From Acidimicrobiia bacterium (lineage in GTDB: Bacteria > Actinomycetota > Acidimicrobiia > Spongiisociales > ZC4RG35), in assembly GCA_965248705.1 (NCBI GenBank), contig CBDFJY010000002.1, positions 1,972,058 to 2,036,057 on the forward strand: a DNA stretch of 64,000 nucleotides. The letters are read 5' to 3'. The notes under the pieces were generated by a model. That model made no database searches. It saw only the letters and a list, made by a program, of their open reading frames with translations, and was not told the DNA's origin. Positions 1-9,268 of the stretch are shown one piece after another. The stretch's first letter is position 1; the number at the start of each line of letters is the position of its first letter. The position numbers and the translations under genes are program-made.

Positions 1-1
1 G

Positions 2-358
2 GTTGCCATGGAACTGGATCTCGACCCCTTGGTGGCCGCCCGGAAGCGCTGGCAGTTTCGTACGCCCAGCGTCTTTCCTCCCTACACCTTCGACCTGGCT
101 TTCGAAGCCCCCGAGGAGTTGGCGGCCGACGATCTGCTGTCGGCCACTGGGGAGGCGGCCGGTAGCCTGTTGGAGTCGGCTTGGGTGTTCGATGAGTTTC
201 GGGGTGAGCCGTTGGGTAAAGGCCGGAAGAGCCTGGCGATCAACTACACCTTAAGGGCTGCGGATCGGACCCTTTCGAGTGAGGAAACCCAGGCTGCCCT
301 GCGGTCCATGGCCGATGCGGCCCGTCGAATGGGAGCGGAATTGCGAGGAGAACTATGA
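2..358 (+). CDS. pheT: phenylalanyl-tRNA synthetase beta subunit, C-terminal fragment (FDX-ACB anticodon-binding domain); the 5' end lies outside the window
   Basis: The translation ...DLAFEAPEELAADDLL...FDEFRGEPLGKGRKSLAINYTLRAADRTLSSEE... matches the C-terminal ferredoxin-fold domain of PheT. Its stop overlaps the argF start. Confidence 0.7.
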   Translation, partial: VAMELDLDPLVAARKRWQFRTPSVFPPYTFDLAFEAPEELAADDLLSATGEAAGSLLESAWVFDEFRGEPLGKGRKSLAINYTLRAADRTLSSEETQAALRSMADAARRMGAELRGEL

Positions 359-1245
359 GCTTTTTGTCGGTTGCGGATGTGGGCCCCGAGGGCTTGGCGC
401 GGCTGTTGGAGTCGGCCATGGATATTAAACGAAGACCAGACCACTATTCGGGCGTTCTTTCGGGAAAGACAGTGGGTTTGTTTTTTCAGAAGCCCTCTTT
501 GCGAACCTGGGTGTCTTCCACCGCGGCTACCGCCCTTTTGGGCGCCCATCCGATCGCCATCCACCAGGAGATCTCGGGGGTGGGCGACCGGGAAGAGCCG
601 GCGGATGTCGCCCGGGTGCTCGACCGCTACCTGGATGTTCTGGGCATGCGGGTCTATGAGCATTCGCTCCTGGAGGAGTTGGACAACTTCATGGCCGCGC
701 CTGTGATCAACTTGCTGTCGGATTGGGAACACCCTTGCCAGGCAGTGGCCGACCTGATGACTATCGCCGGGCGGCGACCCCTGGCCGGCTCGGTTCTGGC
801 TTATGTGGGCGACGGCAACAATGTCTGCCATTCCCTGATGTTGGCCGGGACCATGGCGGGGATGGAGGTGCGGGTGGGGTGCCCTTCCGGATACCAGCCG
901 GACGGGGGAGTGGTGGCCAGGGCGCGGGAGTGGGGCAAAGTCTCGATTTATCACCATCCCGTCCCGGCGGTGGAGGGCGCTCACGTCGTCTACACCGATG
1001 TGTGGACCTCAATGGGACAGGAAGAGGAAACCGCCAAGCGTCGCTCGGCTTTCGCCGGGTTCACGGTGGATTCCGCGCTGATGGAGCGGACGGCCCCCCA
1101 GGCGGTGTTCATGCATTGTCTCCCCGCCCATCGGGGCGAGGAGGTAAGCGCCGAGGTGTTTGAGTCTCCCCGATCGGTGGTGTTCGACCAGGCGGAGAAC
1201 CGGCTCTACTCTTTCGGGGCGCTGCTTGTATATCTTTTGACTTGA
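355..1245 (+). CDS. argF: ornithine carbamoyltransferase
   Basis: 296 aa, carbamoyl-phosphate binding SxRT-like motif (SLRTW), HCLPAHRGEEV ornithine-binding motif, typical OTCase length. Confidence 0.9.
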   Translation: MSFLSVADVGPEGLARLLESAMDIKRRPDHYSGVLSGKTVGLFFQKPSLRTWVSSTAATALLGAHPIAIHQEISGVGDREEPADVARVLDRYLDVLGMRVYEHSLLEELDNFMAAPVINLLSDWEHPCQAVADLMTIAGRRPLAGSVLAYVGDGNNVCHSLMLAGTMAGMEVRVGCPSGYQPDGGVVARAREWGKVSIYHHPVPAVEGAHVVYTDVWTSMGQEEETAKRRSAFAGFTVDSALMERTAPQAVFMHCLPAHRGEEVSAEVFESPRSVVFDQAENRLYSFGALLVYLLT

Positions 1246-1847
1246 AACGTTCTCCCCGTCTTCTCTGCCCGGAGGATTTTTCTGGTCCGGTGTTGGAGGT
1301 GGCGGCTCGGCTTTTGGGAAAGCGACTGGTCACCCGGGTCGACGGGGCAACCACCTCGGTTCTGATCTGTGAGGTGGAGGGGTACGGTGGGTCCGATGAT
1401 CCCGCAAGCCACGCTTTTTCGGGTTCCAACCGGCGAAACAGCACTATGTTCTCGGCGGCGGGGACCCTCTATGTCTACCGGTCGTACGGGATCCACTGGT
1501 GCGCCAACGTGGTTACCGGCCGGAAGGGGGAGGGTCAGGCGGTGCTGTTGCGGGGCGGGCTGGCGGAGTGGGGCGCCGAGATCATGATCGCCCGCCGGGG
1601 TCGCTCCGATCACCTTTGTGACGGACCGGGCAAGCTCACCCAGGCCCTGGGCATCGACGGCGGCCACGACGGACTGATGCTGACCGAAGAACGGGAAGTG
1701 TGGTTGGAGGAGGGCGGAAGTGGTGCGATGCAATGGCGGTCGACGCCGCGGGTAGGGATCACCAAGGCCAGAGAACGCCCCTGGCGGCTGTTGGCAGTCG
1801 GAGCGGGATACCGCTCGCCGCGGGGAACGAACCGGGGCGGACGCTAG
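1242..1847 (+). CDS. mpg: DNA-3-methyladenine glycosylase (MPG/AAG family)
   Basis: 201 aa; YRSYGIHWCANV and GPGKLTQALGID motifs typical of the Mpg family; ATGA start/stop overlap with argF. Confidence 0.85.
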   Translation: MKRSPRLLCPEDFSGPVLEVAARLLGKRLVTRVDGATTSVLICEVEGYGGSDDPASHAFSGSNRRNSTMFSAAGTLYVYRSYGIHWCANVVTGRKGEGQAVLLRGGLAEWGAEIMIARRGRSDHLCDGPGKLTQALGIDGGHDGLMLTEEREVWLEEGGSGAMQWRSTPRVGITKARERPWRLLAVGAGYRSPRGTNRGGR

Positions 1848-1900
1848 AAGTTGCGTCCGCGACGACTACGGCGGCGGGTGCGGAAGGCGTCGGCCATGAT

Positions 1901-2755
1901 CTAGTTGTCGAAGTAGCCCGACGGGGCTTGACCGTCCACCGCAAAGTGGTAGAGAGCCGTCTGGAATATTCCCGATAGCGCCGACATAACAACAATCACC
2001 GCCAGTATCCACAATAAGCCCAGACCGAGCGACCACCCCGTTACGGTTGCATCGCCGGAGACGATTGCCACGAGAAGCAACGTCCCTCCGGGCACAAACG
2101 CCAAGTAGCCGACGATGTTCAGGCCCACCCGGGCGCCGAGATTCTCTCCCCAGGTTCGACGGAAGAGGTCCACGGAGCCCTTGATTGCCTCCATAGCGCC
2201 TTTCCCCTCAATCACGATAATGGGCAATACCAGGAAGGTGACCACGCTCCACGCCACGCCCACCATCGTGATTACGATGCTGCCGGGCGAGCCGGCCTGT
2301 TCTTCGATGGTCTTCAGAATGGTCGACACCACAGCCGATATGAAAGCCCAGGGCAGGATTCGTCCTGCCCGGGATGCGGCGCCCCGCAAGGCGCTCCCAA
2401 CGGTGGGGTCACCTCCTTCGAGACGTTGGTGGGCGGCGCTGACCAGAGCCGCGTTGAAGAAAAGCGTTATGTAGGCGAGAACGAAGTACATCACCACCAG
2501 CAACAAGATGCTCGCTCCCTCGAAACCCCCGGTCAAGTCCGGCATGAAGAACAGGGTGAGGGCGAGATGGGAGGGGAGTAGAGGGAACGCGTCGAAACCC
2601 CCGGTCAAGAACAGCATGGAGAACAGAGCAAGAGGTACGGCGGTGGCGGACATCGAGATGAGCGGCAGGAGCAACAGTTCCTTGTCGGCTTTGAGGACCT
2701 GCCAGGATGCTTTGGCGAGCGCAATGGAATTGCGTATTCGACTCATGATCAACAC
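1901..2755 (-). CDS. polytopic integral membrane protein of unknown function (paralog A)
   Basis: 284 aa, multiple hydrophobic helices; N-terminus SIALAKASWQVLKADKELLLLP and C-terminus FQTALYHFAVDGQAPSGYFDN shared with the paralog at 3516-4379. Confidence 0.65.
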   Translation of the reverse strand: MLIMSRIRNSIALAKASWQVLKADKELLLLPLISMSATAVPLALFSMLFLTGGFDAFPLLPSHLALTLFFMPDLTGGFEGASILLLVVMYFVLAYITLFFNAALVSAAHQRLEGGDPTVGSALRGAASRAGRILPWAFISAVVSTILKTIEEQAGSPGSIVITMVGVAWSVVTFLVLPIIVIEGKGAMEAIKGSVDLFRRTWGENLGARVGLNIVGYLAFVPGGTLLLVAIVSGDATVTGWSLGLGLLWILAVIVVMSALSGIFQTALYHFAVDGQAPSGYFDN

Positions 2756-2873
2756 ACTAACCCTGAAGGCCTCCTGCGGTAACCCCGAAGGCCTCCTGCG
2801 GCGCCCCCTTTTCGAATGGCGGCGGCGGCCTGGTTCGGCGGAAGAGCGTTTCCCGCTCTCGGAACAAGACCGG

Positions 2874-3281
2874 TTAGGCCGGCTTGGCGGCGATGGCGCC
2901 TCCGCCTCGGAGAGGGGTTCCGTCCGCTCCAGCCGTGTTAAGTATCCGAGGGCTGTTCGAGGCTTCGGAGATCATGTCTCTTAACAACTCCTCACGGCTG
3001 CGAGGGGAATCAATCCATAGGTAGGAGGCCAGGCTCCCGGGAAGGGTGTTGATCTCGTTTACATACAAATTGCCCTCATAGGCCAAAAAGCCCACCCTGG
3101 AGATTCCCCGGATCCCGACTAGTTCTGCGACGGCCACCGCCTAGGTTCGGATTCGACTCTTCAGACTGTCGGAGATCTCGGCTGGGAGGCTACGGACCGC
3201 GGTGGGGGAGTCGCCCCACGCCAGGTATTTTCCCTGGTAGGTGAGTATCCCCCGCCTGCCTAGGCGAGCGGGTTCCTCGAC
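2874..3281 (-). pseudogene. 3' fragment of D-Ala-D-Ala ligase gene (duplication remnant, frame-disrupted)
   Basis: 87-aa ORF AVAELVGIRGISRVGFLAYEGNLYVNEINTLPGSLASYLWID... matches the C-terminal ~85 aa of Ddl at 4656-5723; nucleotide homology continues to ~3281 but out of frame; no N-terminal half. Confidence 0.7.
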
Positions 3282-3519
3282 TCACCTTTGTGACGGGCCG
3301 GGCAAGCTCACCCAGGCCCTGGGCATCGACGGCGGCCACGACGGACTGATACTGACCGAAGGACGGGAAGTGTGGCTGGAGGAGGGCGGAAGTGGTGCGA
3401 TGCAATGGCGGTCGACGCCGCGGGTAGGGATCAGCAAGGCCAGAGAACGCCCCTGGCGGCTGTTGGCAGTCGGAGCGGGATACCGCTCGCCGCGGGGAAC
3501 GAACCGGGGCGGACGCTAG
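3241..3519 (+). pseudogene. 3' fragment of mpg (duplication remnant; homology from ~3282)
   Basis: nt 3282-3519 are ~97% identical to mpg nt 1608-1847 (HLCDGPGKLTQALGIDGGHDGL...RGTNRGGR); no upstream mpg N-terminal region; upstream sequence is ddl-derived instead. Confidence 0.8.
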
Positions 3520-4379
3520 GAGTTGCGTCCGCGACGACTACGGCGGGTGCGGAAGGCGTCGGCCATGACCTGGTTGTCGAAGTAGCCCGACGGGGCTTGA
3601 CCGTCCACCGCAAAGTGGTAGAGGGCGGTCTGGAATATCCCGGAGAGCGCTACGATGACCACCGCCACCACCACTATCCACAGCACGCCCACACCGATGA
3701 AAACGCCGCTCAAAGCCCCTGCCAGAGCACCGAGCACCATCAGCGCCACCGCGGGAAGCATGGCGAGGAAACCGACGATCCCCAGGCCTACTTGGGCGCT
3801 CAGGTTCTCCCCCCAGGTGCTGCGGAAGAGGGTGGCTGAGCGCTTGACAGCCGCCCCGGCGCCTGCTCCCTCGATCACGATGATGGGCAGCACCAGGAAG
3901 GTGACCACGCTCCAGGCCATACCCACCAGTCCGATCACGATCCTTCCCAGGAAACCGGCCCGCTCCTCAATGGCCCGGATGATTATCGAAACCACGGCCG
4001 AGATCAGAGCCCATCCGATGATGCGGCCCGCCCGGGATGCGGCCCCCGCCAGGGCGCTCCTGAGGGTAGGATCGCCGCCCTCCAGGCGCTCATGGGCGGC
4101 GCTGACCAGCGCGGCGTTGAAGAATATGGTGATGTAGGCGAGGACGAAGTACATCAACGCCAGATAGAGGATGTTCCCGCCGGTAACGAACTCTTCGGTG
4201 ATTCCGGTGCGGGACAGCATGGGAAGGATGAACGAAGCAGCAACCAAGATGGTGGCGATCCCCGACATCACCGGAAGCAGCAACAGCTCCTTGTCGGCCC
4301 TGAGTATCTGCCAAGAAGCTTTGGCCAAAGCAATGGAATTCTGGAGTCGACCCATGGACGCCATTCTAGCGCGGGTCAA
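3516..4379 (-). CDS. polytopic integral membrane protein of unknown function (paralog B)
   Basis: 287 aa, conserved termini with paralog A but strongly diverged interior. Confidence 0.65.
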   Translation of the reverse strand: MTRARMASMGRLQNSIALAKASWQILRADKELLLLPVMSGIATILVAASFILPMLSRTGITEEFVTGGNILYLALMYFVLAYITIFFNAALVSAAHERLEGGDPTLRSALAGAASRAGRIIGWALISAVVSIIIRAIEERAGFLGRIVIGLVGMAWSVVTFLVLPIIVIEGAGAGAAVKRSATLFRSTWGENLSAQVGLGIVGFLAMLPAVALMVLGALAGALSGVFIGVGVLWIVVVAVVIVALSGIFQTALYHFAVDGQAPSGYFDNQVMADAFRTRRSRRGRNS

Positions 4380-4655
4380 CTCCCCGCTTTGTCAGCGGCT
4401 CGTTCTGGGAGAGACCGGAGGATGCTTCTAAAAGCAACCACCCCGATGTTCATACGCACTCATAGAGGTAGACAAAATGCGATCTTGCTGTGAAGGCCCG
4501 TTGCCCATTTTGGCCACATCTAACTGAACGTCTTTGATCCTGTCGCCCGATTCGGGTTTCGAGTAGTTTCAGGTTTTCTTTGGTGGCGGGTGTCGCCCAG
4601 TCGTCCTAAAAGTTCTCACGCCAACCCTGACCACTGACCTTCCTTTTGGGAGGCC

Positions 4656-5723
4656 CTAGGCCAGTTTGGAGGCAATGGCGCCTCCTCCCCGAAGAGCGGC
4701 GCCGTCCGCGCCGGCGGTGTTCAGTATCCGGGGATGGGCCAATGCTTCCGAGATCATGTCTTCCAACAGCTCCGCCCTGGTGCGAAGAGGATCTATCCAC
4801 AGATAGGCGGCCAGGCTTCCCGGAAGAGTGTTGATTTCGTTGAGGTACAGGTTGTCCTCACAAAGAAGGAAATCCACTCTGGAGACGCCCCGAATCCCTA
4901 CCAACTCCGCCACCGCAACCGCCTGGGCGCGGAGTTTGCTCTCCAGGGCGCCGGGTAGCTCGGCGGGCAGGCGGCGAGCGGAAGCGGGGGAGTCTCCCCA
5001 AGCCAGGTACTTTTCGCGGTAGGTGAGAATCTCCCTGCTCTCCGCGCGGATGGGCTCCTCGATCGCCGACATTTCCACTGCGGGGTAGCGGCGCACTGCG
5101 ATCTGCAGATCCGTCGCTACCTCCAAATAGGGTTCGATTACCGCCCCTTCCAACAGATGGGGCGAAGTCTTCGAAAGGGCTAGGGCGGTGTCGAAATCCG
5201 AGACCACCGCGATCCCAATGGACGATCCTCCCGAGCGGGGCTTGACTATGTAAGGTGGATCGAAGTCGGGAGGAAATCGGGGTGTCACCAGCCGCCTCTC
5301 CAGCGTGGACATTCCTGCCGCCCGCACCGCCGCCGAAAAGATCAACTTGTCCATTCCCAGGCTGGACGCACCCTGTCCGGGTCCGGTGTAGCAGAGACCG
5401 GCCATATCCCAAATTCCCTGGATGGTTCCGTCCTCGCCCGGCCCCCCATGAAGGCAGTTGACCACCACCCCGTATTCCAGCCGCTTTCGCCCCAGCCGAT
5501 ATCCCCCTCCCGGGCCGGCCACCAGTTCCAGGCGTCGAGCTTTGCGGGGAACGCCGTCGGCGAAGTCGGAGAGTTCCAAATCAGGTGGGGTCAGATACCA
5601 ATCGCCGGTCAGCGACCAATAGAGGCAATCGGAGTCGGGTAGAACCCGGGCGGCCTGCAATCCGGTGGAGACGCTGACATCGTGTTCAGGAGAGGGACCG
5701 CCGAACACCGTGGCAAGTCGCAT
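4656..5723 (-). CDS. ddl: D-alanine--D-alanine ligase (ATP-grasp)
   Basis: 355 aa; FGGPSPEHDVS N-terminus, LHGGPGEDGTIQG, KPRSGGSSIG, EINTLPG motifs typical of Ddl. Confidence 0.85.
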   Translation of the reverse strand: MRLATVFGGPSPEHDVSVSTGLQAARVLPDSDCLYWSLTGDWYLTPPDLELSDFADGVPRKARRLELVAGPGGGYRLGRKRLEYGVVVNCLHGGPGEDGTIQGIWDMAGLCYTGPGQGASSLGMDKLIFSAAVRAAGMSTLERRLVTPRFPPDFDPPYIVKPRSGGSSIGIAVVSDFDTALALSKTSPHLLEGAVIEPYLEVATDLQIAVRRYPAVEMSAIEEPIRAESREILTYREKYLAWGDSPASARRLPAELPGALESKLRAQAVAVAELVGIRGVSRVDFLLCEDNLYLNEINTLPGSLAAYLWIDPLRTRAELLEDMISEALAHPRILNTAGADGAALRGGGAIASKLA

Positions 5724-5753
5724 CAGGGACCGCCTTCCGTGTAAGTGCCCGGT

Positions 5754-7274
5754 TTATGGATAGTGGTCGGGGAGGTCGTTTTCATAGAGGATCGTGTCGC
5801 CTCGGTCGAGATTGGCCCGCGCCCAGCGAACCGCCTCCGGCCGGTTGGCCAACACTACCACCCGGGCTTTGCCTCCCTGGGCGCCGGCCAGCAGATCTCG
5901 GCGGTTGGTGCGTCCCACCACCAGTAGATGGGTGGCTGCCCCGGCCGCCGCCTCGCCCAAAGCCCGGTTTTCGATGCGCCGGCGCGGTCCCATCTCCACC
6001 AGTCCGGGAGTCACCACCACCCGCTTGCCTCCCGATGAGGAGTGTTCGACCAGCCGCCGCAGGGCGGCCCTGGCGCCCGCCGGGTTGGCGTTGAAGGTGT
6101 CGTCCAGAACGGTTACTCCCCGCTCGTTCACCAGAGTTGCCAGCCGATGGTCAGGACAGGGGAGGGTATCCAGCCGGTCGGCCACCTCTCCAGGGTCCAT
6201 GCCCAAGGCCGAAATCGCGCCCAAGGCCGCGGCCACGTTCAAGGGGTGATGGGACCCGAGATCGACCTCTCCGATCACCTTACCGCCCACCGTCACCTGG
6301 CCGCTCCGGGGATGCACGCCCAACTCGCAGGGCTCCCCCCCACCCGAGCAGCGCACCACCCGCCGGCCTTTTTGCGATTCGGCCGCCGCCAGCCTGGACA
6401 GTCCCGGATGATCCACCCCGATCACCGCCGCGGCACCCTCAGCCAATATCTCACTCTTGCAGGAGAGAATCCGCTCCTCGGTCCGCATCCGTTCCAGATG
6501 AACCGGGCCGATGGCGATGATCACCGCCACCTCGGGAGGGATCCAACCGCACAGTTCGGCGATCTCACCCGGTCCATAGGTTCCCATCTCCGCCACGAAG
6601 ATCTCGGTGTCGGCGGTGAGTCTCTCGTTAATCGCCCTCGCCAGCCCCATCCGGTTGTTGAAGCTGGCCGGGCTGGCCACCACCCGCCGACTCCCCGCCA
6701 GCAGGTGAGCCAGATAGAGCTTGGTGGAGGTCTTGCCATATGAGCCGGTGATGGCCACCACCCGCGGCGACACTCTGCCCACACGCCGGGCCGCCTCTTT
6801 CACCCATTTTTCCGCCAGCGCCTTTTCCAGGGGAGCGTTGATCGCCAGAGCCAGGTCCACGAGGATCGGAATTATCACCAGCGCCATGGCGGCCACACCC
6901 GCTTGGCCGGTGATCACCGCCGTTGTCAGCGCCCCACCCATCAGCAAGGAAGTGGTGGCTGTAACCCGGATCAGCCGCTTGGTCCAGACCAGCGGACCGG
7001 TGGACCCCCGCAGTCCCAGCCCGATGGGACCAGTGGCTTTGATGACCGCGGTCAGCAGTCCCATCCCCGGCCACAGCCATTCCCCCGCGGCGGCGGCGGC
7101 GGCGACCGGTCCCAGCACCGAGTTGGAGATCCTGCAAATGCCCCACCGCCCTGCGAAGCGAGTAGCGGCCGGAGGCAGATAATGCTCGCGTTGAGCGACC
7201 CGCAGCCAGCGCAAACCGGCGGGTATCGCGGCCAGTCCGCAGGCCACAATCACGGCCCATTCCCAAGGGCTCAT
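5754..7274 (-). CDS. murF: MurF-like Mur ligase (UDP-MurNAc-tripeptide--D-Ala-D-Ala ligase family) with atypical hydrophobic ~170-aa N-terminus
   Basis: 506 aa; ITGSYGKTSTK P-loop, FNNRMG, DDTFNANP and MurF-like C-terminal domain; the N-terminal 170 aa contain 3-4 predicted TM helices and lack the usual DGH substrate-domain motif. Confidence 0.7.
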   Translation of the reverse strand: MSPWEWAVIVACGLAAIPAGLRWLRVAQREHYLPPAATRFAGRWGICRISNSVLGPVAAAAAAGEWLWPGMGLLTAVIKATGPIGLGLRGSTGPLVWTKRLIRVTATTSLLMGGALTTAVITGQAGVAAMALVIIPILVDLALAINAPLEKALAEKWVKEAARRVGRVSPRVVAITGSYGKTSTKLYLAHLLAGSRRVVASPASFNNRMGLARAINERLTADTEIFVAEMGTYGPGEIAELCGWIPPEVAVIIAIGPVHLERMRTEERILSCKSEILAEGAAAVIGVDHPGLSRLAAAESQKGRRVVRCSGGGEPCELGVHPRSGQVTVGGKVIGEVDLGSHHPLNVAAALGAISALGMDPGEVADRLDTLPCPDHRLATLVNERGVTVLDDTFNANPAGARAALRRLVEHSSSGGKRVVVTPGLVEMGPRRRIENRALGEAAAGAATHLLVVGRTNRRDLLAGAQGGKARVVVLANRPEAVRWARANLDRGDTILYENDLPDHYP

Positions 7275-8038
7275 CGGTCTGTCTTCTCCAGCATTCTGCG
7301 GATTGCCTCCCCGAACACCTCCGGTCGGTGAAGGGGCAGGTTGTGGCCCGCTTCGGGAACGATCTCCAATCGAACTTCACAGCCCCCGGCCTCTTCAAGG
7401 CGTCGGCGGACGGTGTGGGCTCTCTCCACCGGCACCTCTTGGTCGTCGGCGCCCCAGATCAAGTCGACCGGAAGCGACAGGGCATCGAGCTGTGTCTCAT
7501 GGGATTCGTTCACCACTTTGACCAAGACGTCCCGCATCACTCCCCGGGCCGCCTGATAATCTCGCGATCCATGTCGGCGGCGCAGCGCCTCTAACCGTGT
7601 GTCCGATACCAGGCCCCGGCGGTGCCCCCATCGGATCAGGCGATAGGAGAGGCGAGGCCGTGCCCGGCGACCGCCTCCCAACAGCGGGGCGCCCGACAGG
7701 ATCAGTCCGGTCACCAGGTCTGGCCTGCGGGAGGCCAGACAAACCGCCACCCGCCCCCCGAAAGAGTGGCCGACCACCACCATCGGTATGTTTATCTCCT
7801 CAAGGATGGGGATGAGTCGGAGTGCGTAGTCGTCGGCGCCCCAGACTCGAGGAGGCGGAGGTGAAGATCCGAACCCGGGTAGGTCGGGGGCAAGTGCGGC
7901 CACCCCATCCAAAACCTGGGTGAAATCGGCACCGTCCCTTCCCCAGCCATGCAAGGCCAGCACTTTGGGAGGCCGATCTCCGAAGAAACGCGCCATTAGG
8001 GCGCCATCGGCCAGCGCCCTGAGGGGCGCGGCGCTCAC
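7271..8038 (-). CDS. alpha/beta-fold hydrolase
   Basis: 255 aa; GHSFGG nucleophile elbow; stop overlaps murF-like start (ATGA) and start overlaps fabI stop. Confidence 0.75.
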   Translation of the reverse strand: MSAAPLRALADGALMARFFGDRPPKVLALHGWGRDGADFTQVLDGVAALAPDLPGFGSSPPPPRVWGADDYALRLIPILEEINIPMVVVGHSFGGRVAVCLASRRPDLVTGLILSGAPLLGGGRRARPRLSYRLIRWGHRRGLVSDTRLEALRRRHGSRDYQAARGVMRDVLVKVVNESHETQLDALSLPVDLIWGADDQEVPVERAHTVRRRLEEAGGCEVRLEIVPEAGHNLPLHRPEVFGEAIRRMLEKTDR

Positions 8039-8865
8039 TCGGACTCCCCGACCGTTCCCGGCTCGGCGGGGCTTTCCGCGGATGGCTTCCGGTTACCCAC
8101 CGCCACGGCATGGAATCCGCCGTCGACATGGATGATCTCGCCGGTGGTCATGGGCGTCCAGTCGGATAGCAACAGGCACACCATCCGGGCCACCGGGTCG
8201 GGGTTGGCCGCGTCCCAGCGGAGGGGGGCCCGATCGTTCCATACCTCCTGGAAGAGATCAAAACCGGGGATCGACTTGGCCGCCACTGTGCCCAGCGGCC
8301 CGGCGGAGACGGCGTTGACACGCACTCCATAGGGGCCGAGGTCGCGGGCCAGATATCTGGTGACTGCCTCTAGCGCGGCTTTAGCTACTCCCATCCAGTC
8401 GTAGGCGGGCCAGGCCTGGGAGTTATCGAAGTCCAGAGTAACCAGCGACCCTCCTCCGGCGGCCTGGAGCAGGGGGAGAATCCCCACCGCCAACGCCTTG
8501 TAAGAGAAGGCGGAGGTTTGGAATGCGATCGCCGCACTTTCGGCGGGAGCGGTCAGAAAGTTACCTCCCAGGGAGTCGGCGGGAGCGAATGCAATGGCAT
8601 GGAGAGCACCGTTCAACGCTCCCCATCGGGCATCCAACTCGGCTGCCAACACTTCCAGATGAGCCGGTTGGTTGATGTCGAGTTCGTACACCGGGCAGGG
8701 GACAGGAAGCCGCCTGACGGAGCGTTGGGTGATTCTCATCCCCCTCCCGAAGCCGGTCGCGACAATCTCCGCTCCCTGTTCCTGGGCGACCCGCGCCACA
8801 TGCCAGGCGATCGAGTCGGAGGTAAGCACCCCGGTGATGAGCAGTCGTTTTCCTTCCAGCAACAT
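8035..8865 (-). CDS. fabI: enoyl-[acyl-carrier-protein] reductase (NADH), FabI/InhA type
   Basis: 276 aa; N-terminus LEGKRLLITGVLTSDSIAWHVARVAQEQGAEIV is characteristic of FabI/InhA SDRs. Confidence 0.85.
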   Translation of the reverse strand: MLLEGKRLLITGVLTSDSIAWHVARVAQEQGAEIVATGFGRGMRITQRSVRRLPVPCPVYELDINQPAHLEVLAAELDARWGALNGALHAIAFAPADSLGGNFLTAPAESAAIAFQTSAFSYKALAVGILPLLQAAGGGSLVTLDFDNSQAWPAYDWMGVAKAALEAVTRYLARDLGPYGVRVNAVSAGPLGTVAAKSIPGFDLFQEVWNDRAPLRWDAANPDPVARMVCLLLSDWTPMTTGEIIHVDGGFHAVAVGNRKPSAESPAEPGTVGESE

Positions 8866-8884
8866 AGCTAAGCCGAAGAGGTTC

Positions 8885-9253
8885 TCAGAACGACCCCCCG
8901 AAAGTGGAGATACCCCGGATCCCGAGCCCCATCACGAACAAGAGCAGGAGCCCCATATACAGGGCGGGTCGGCGGCGCAAGGTTTCTCGGTAGATGTAGG
9001 CAAAGGCGAAGGAGAACAGCACCAGCACCCCATAGAAGATGTGCTGGCTGCCGGGAGGGCGGGTGGTGGCCAGGTTGAGGGCGACCAGCCCAAGCACCAC
9101 CTGGGTGGTCATTACGGTTACCACCGCTCCTACCGCCCGGTTGTAAAAACGTCCGGGCGGGCGTGCGGTGAGCGCCAGAGTCAGTCCCCACAATCCCACC
9201 AAGCCGGTGGCCCCTGCCGCCCACCATCCGAGCCAAGTGTGAAGCTGAACCAA
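8885..9253 (-). CDS. small 4-TM membrane protein, unknown function
   Basis: 122 aa hydrophobic ORF between fadD-like gene and fabI; no recognizable motifs. Confidence 0.4.
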   Translation of the reverse strand: MVQLHTWLGWWAAGATGLVGLWGLTLALTARPPGRFYNRAVGAVVTVMTTQVVLGLVALNLATTRPPGSQHIFYGVLVLFSFAFAYIYRETLRRRPALYMGLLLLFVMGLGIRGISTFGGSF

Positions 9254-9268
9254 GGTGGACCTCTTCTT

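Noticed and set aside
6628-7398. 256-aa minus-strand ORF overlapping the MurF-like and hydrolase genes
   Set aside because: Alternate frame of well-supported genes; Arg/Gly-rich low-complexity translation.
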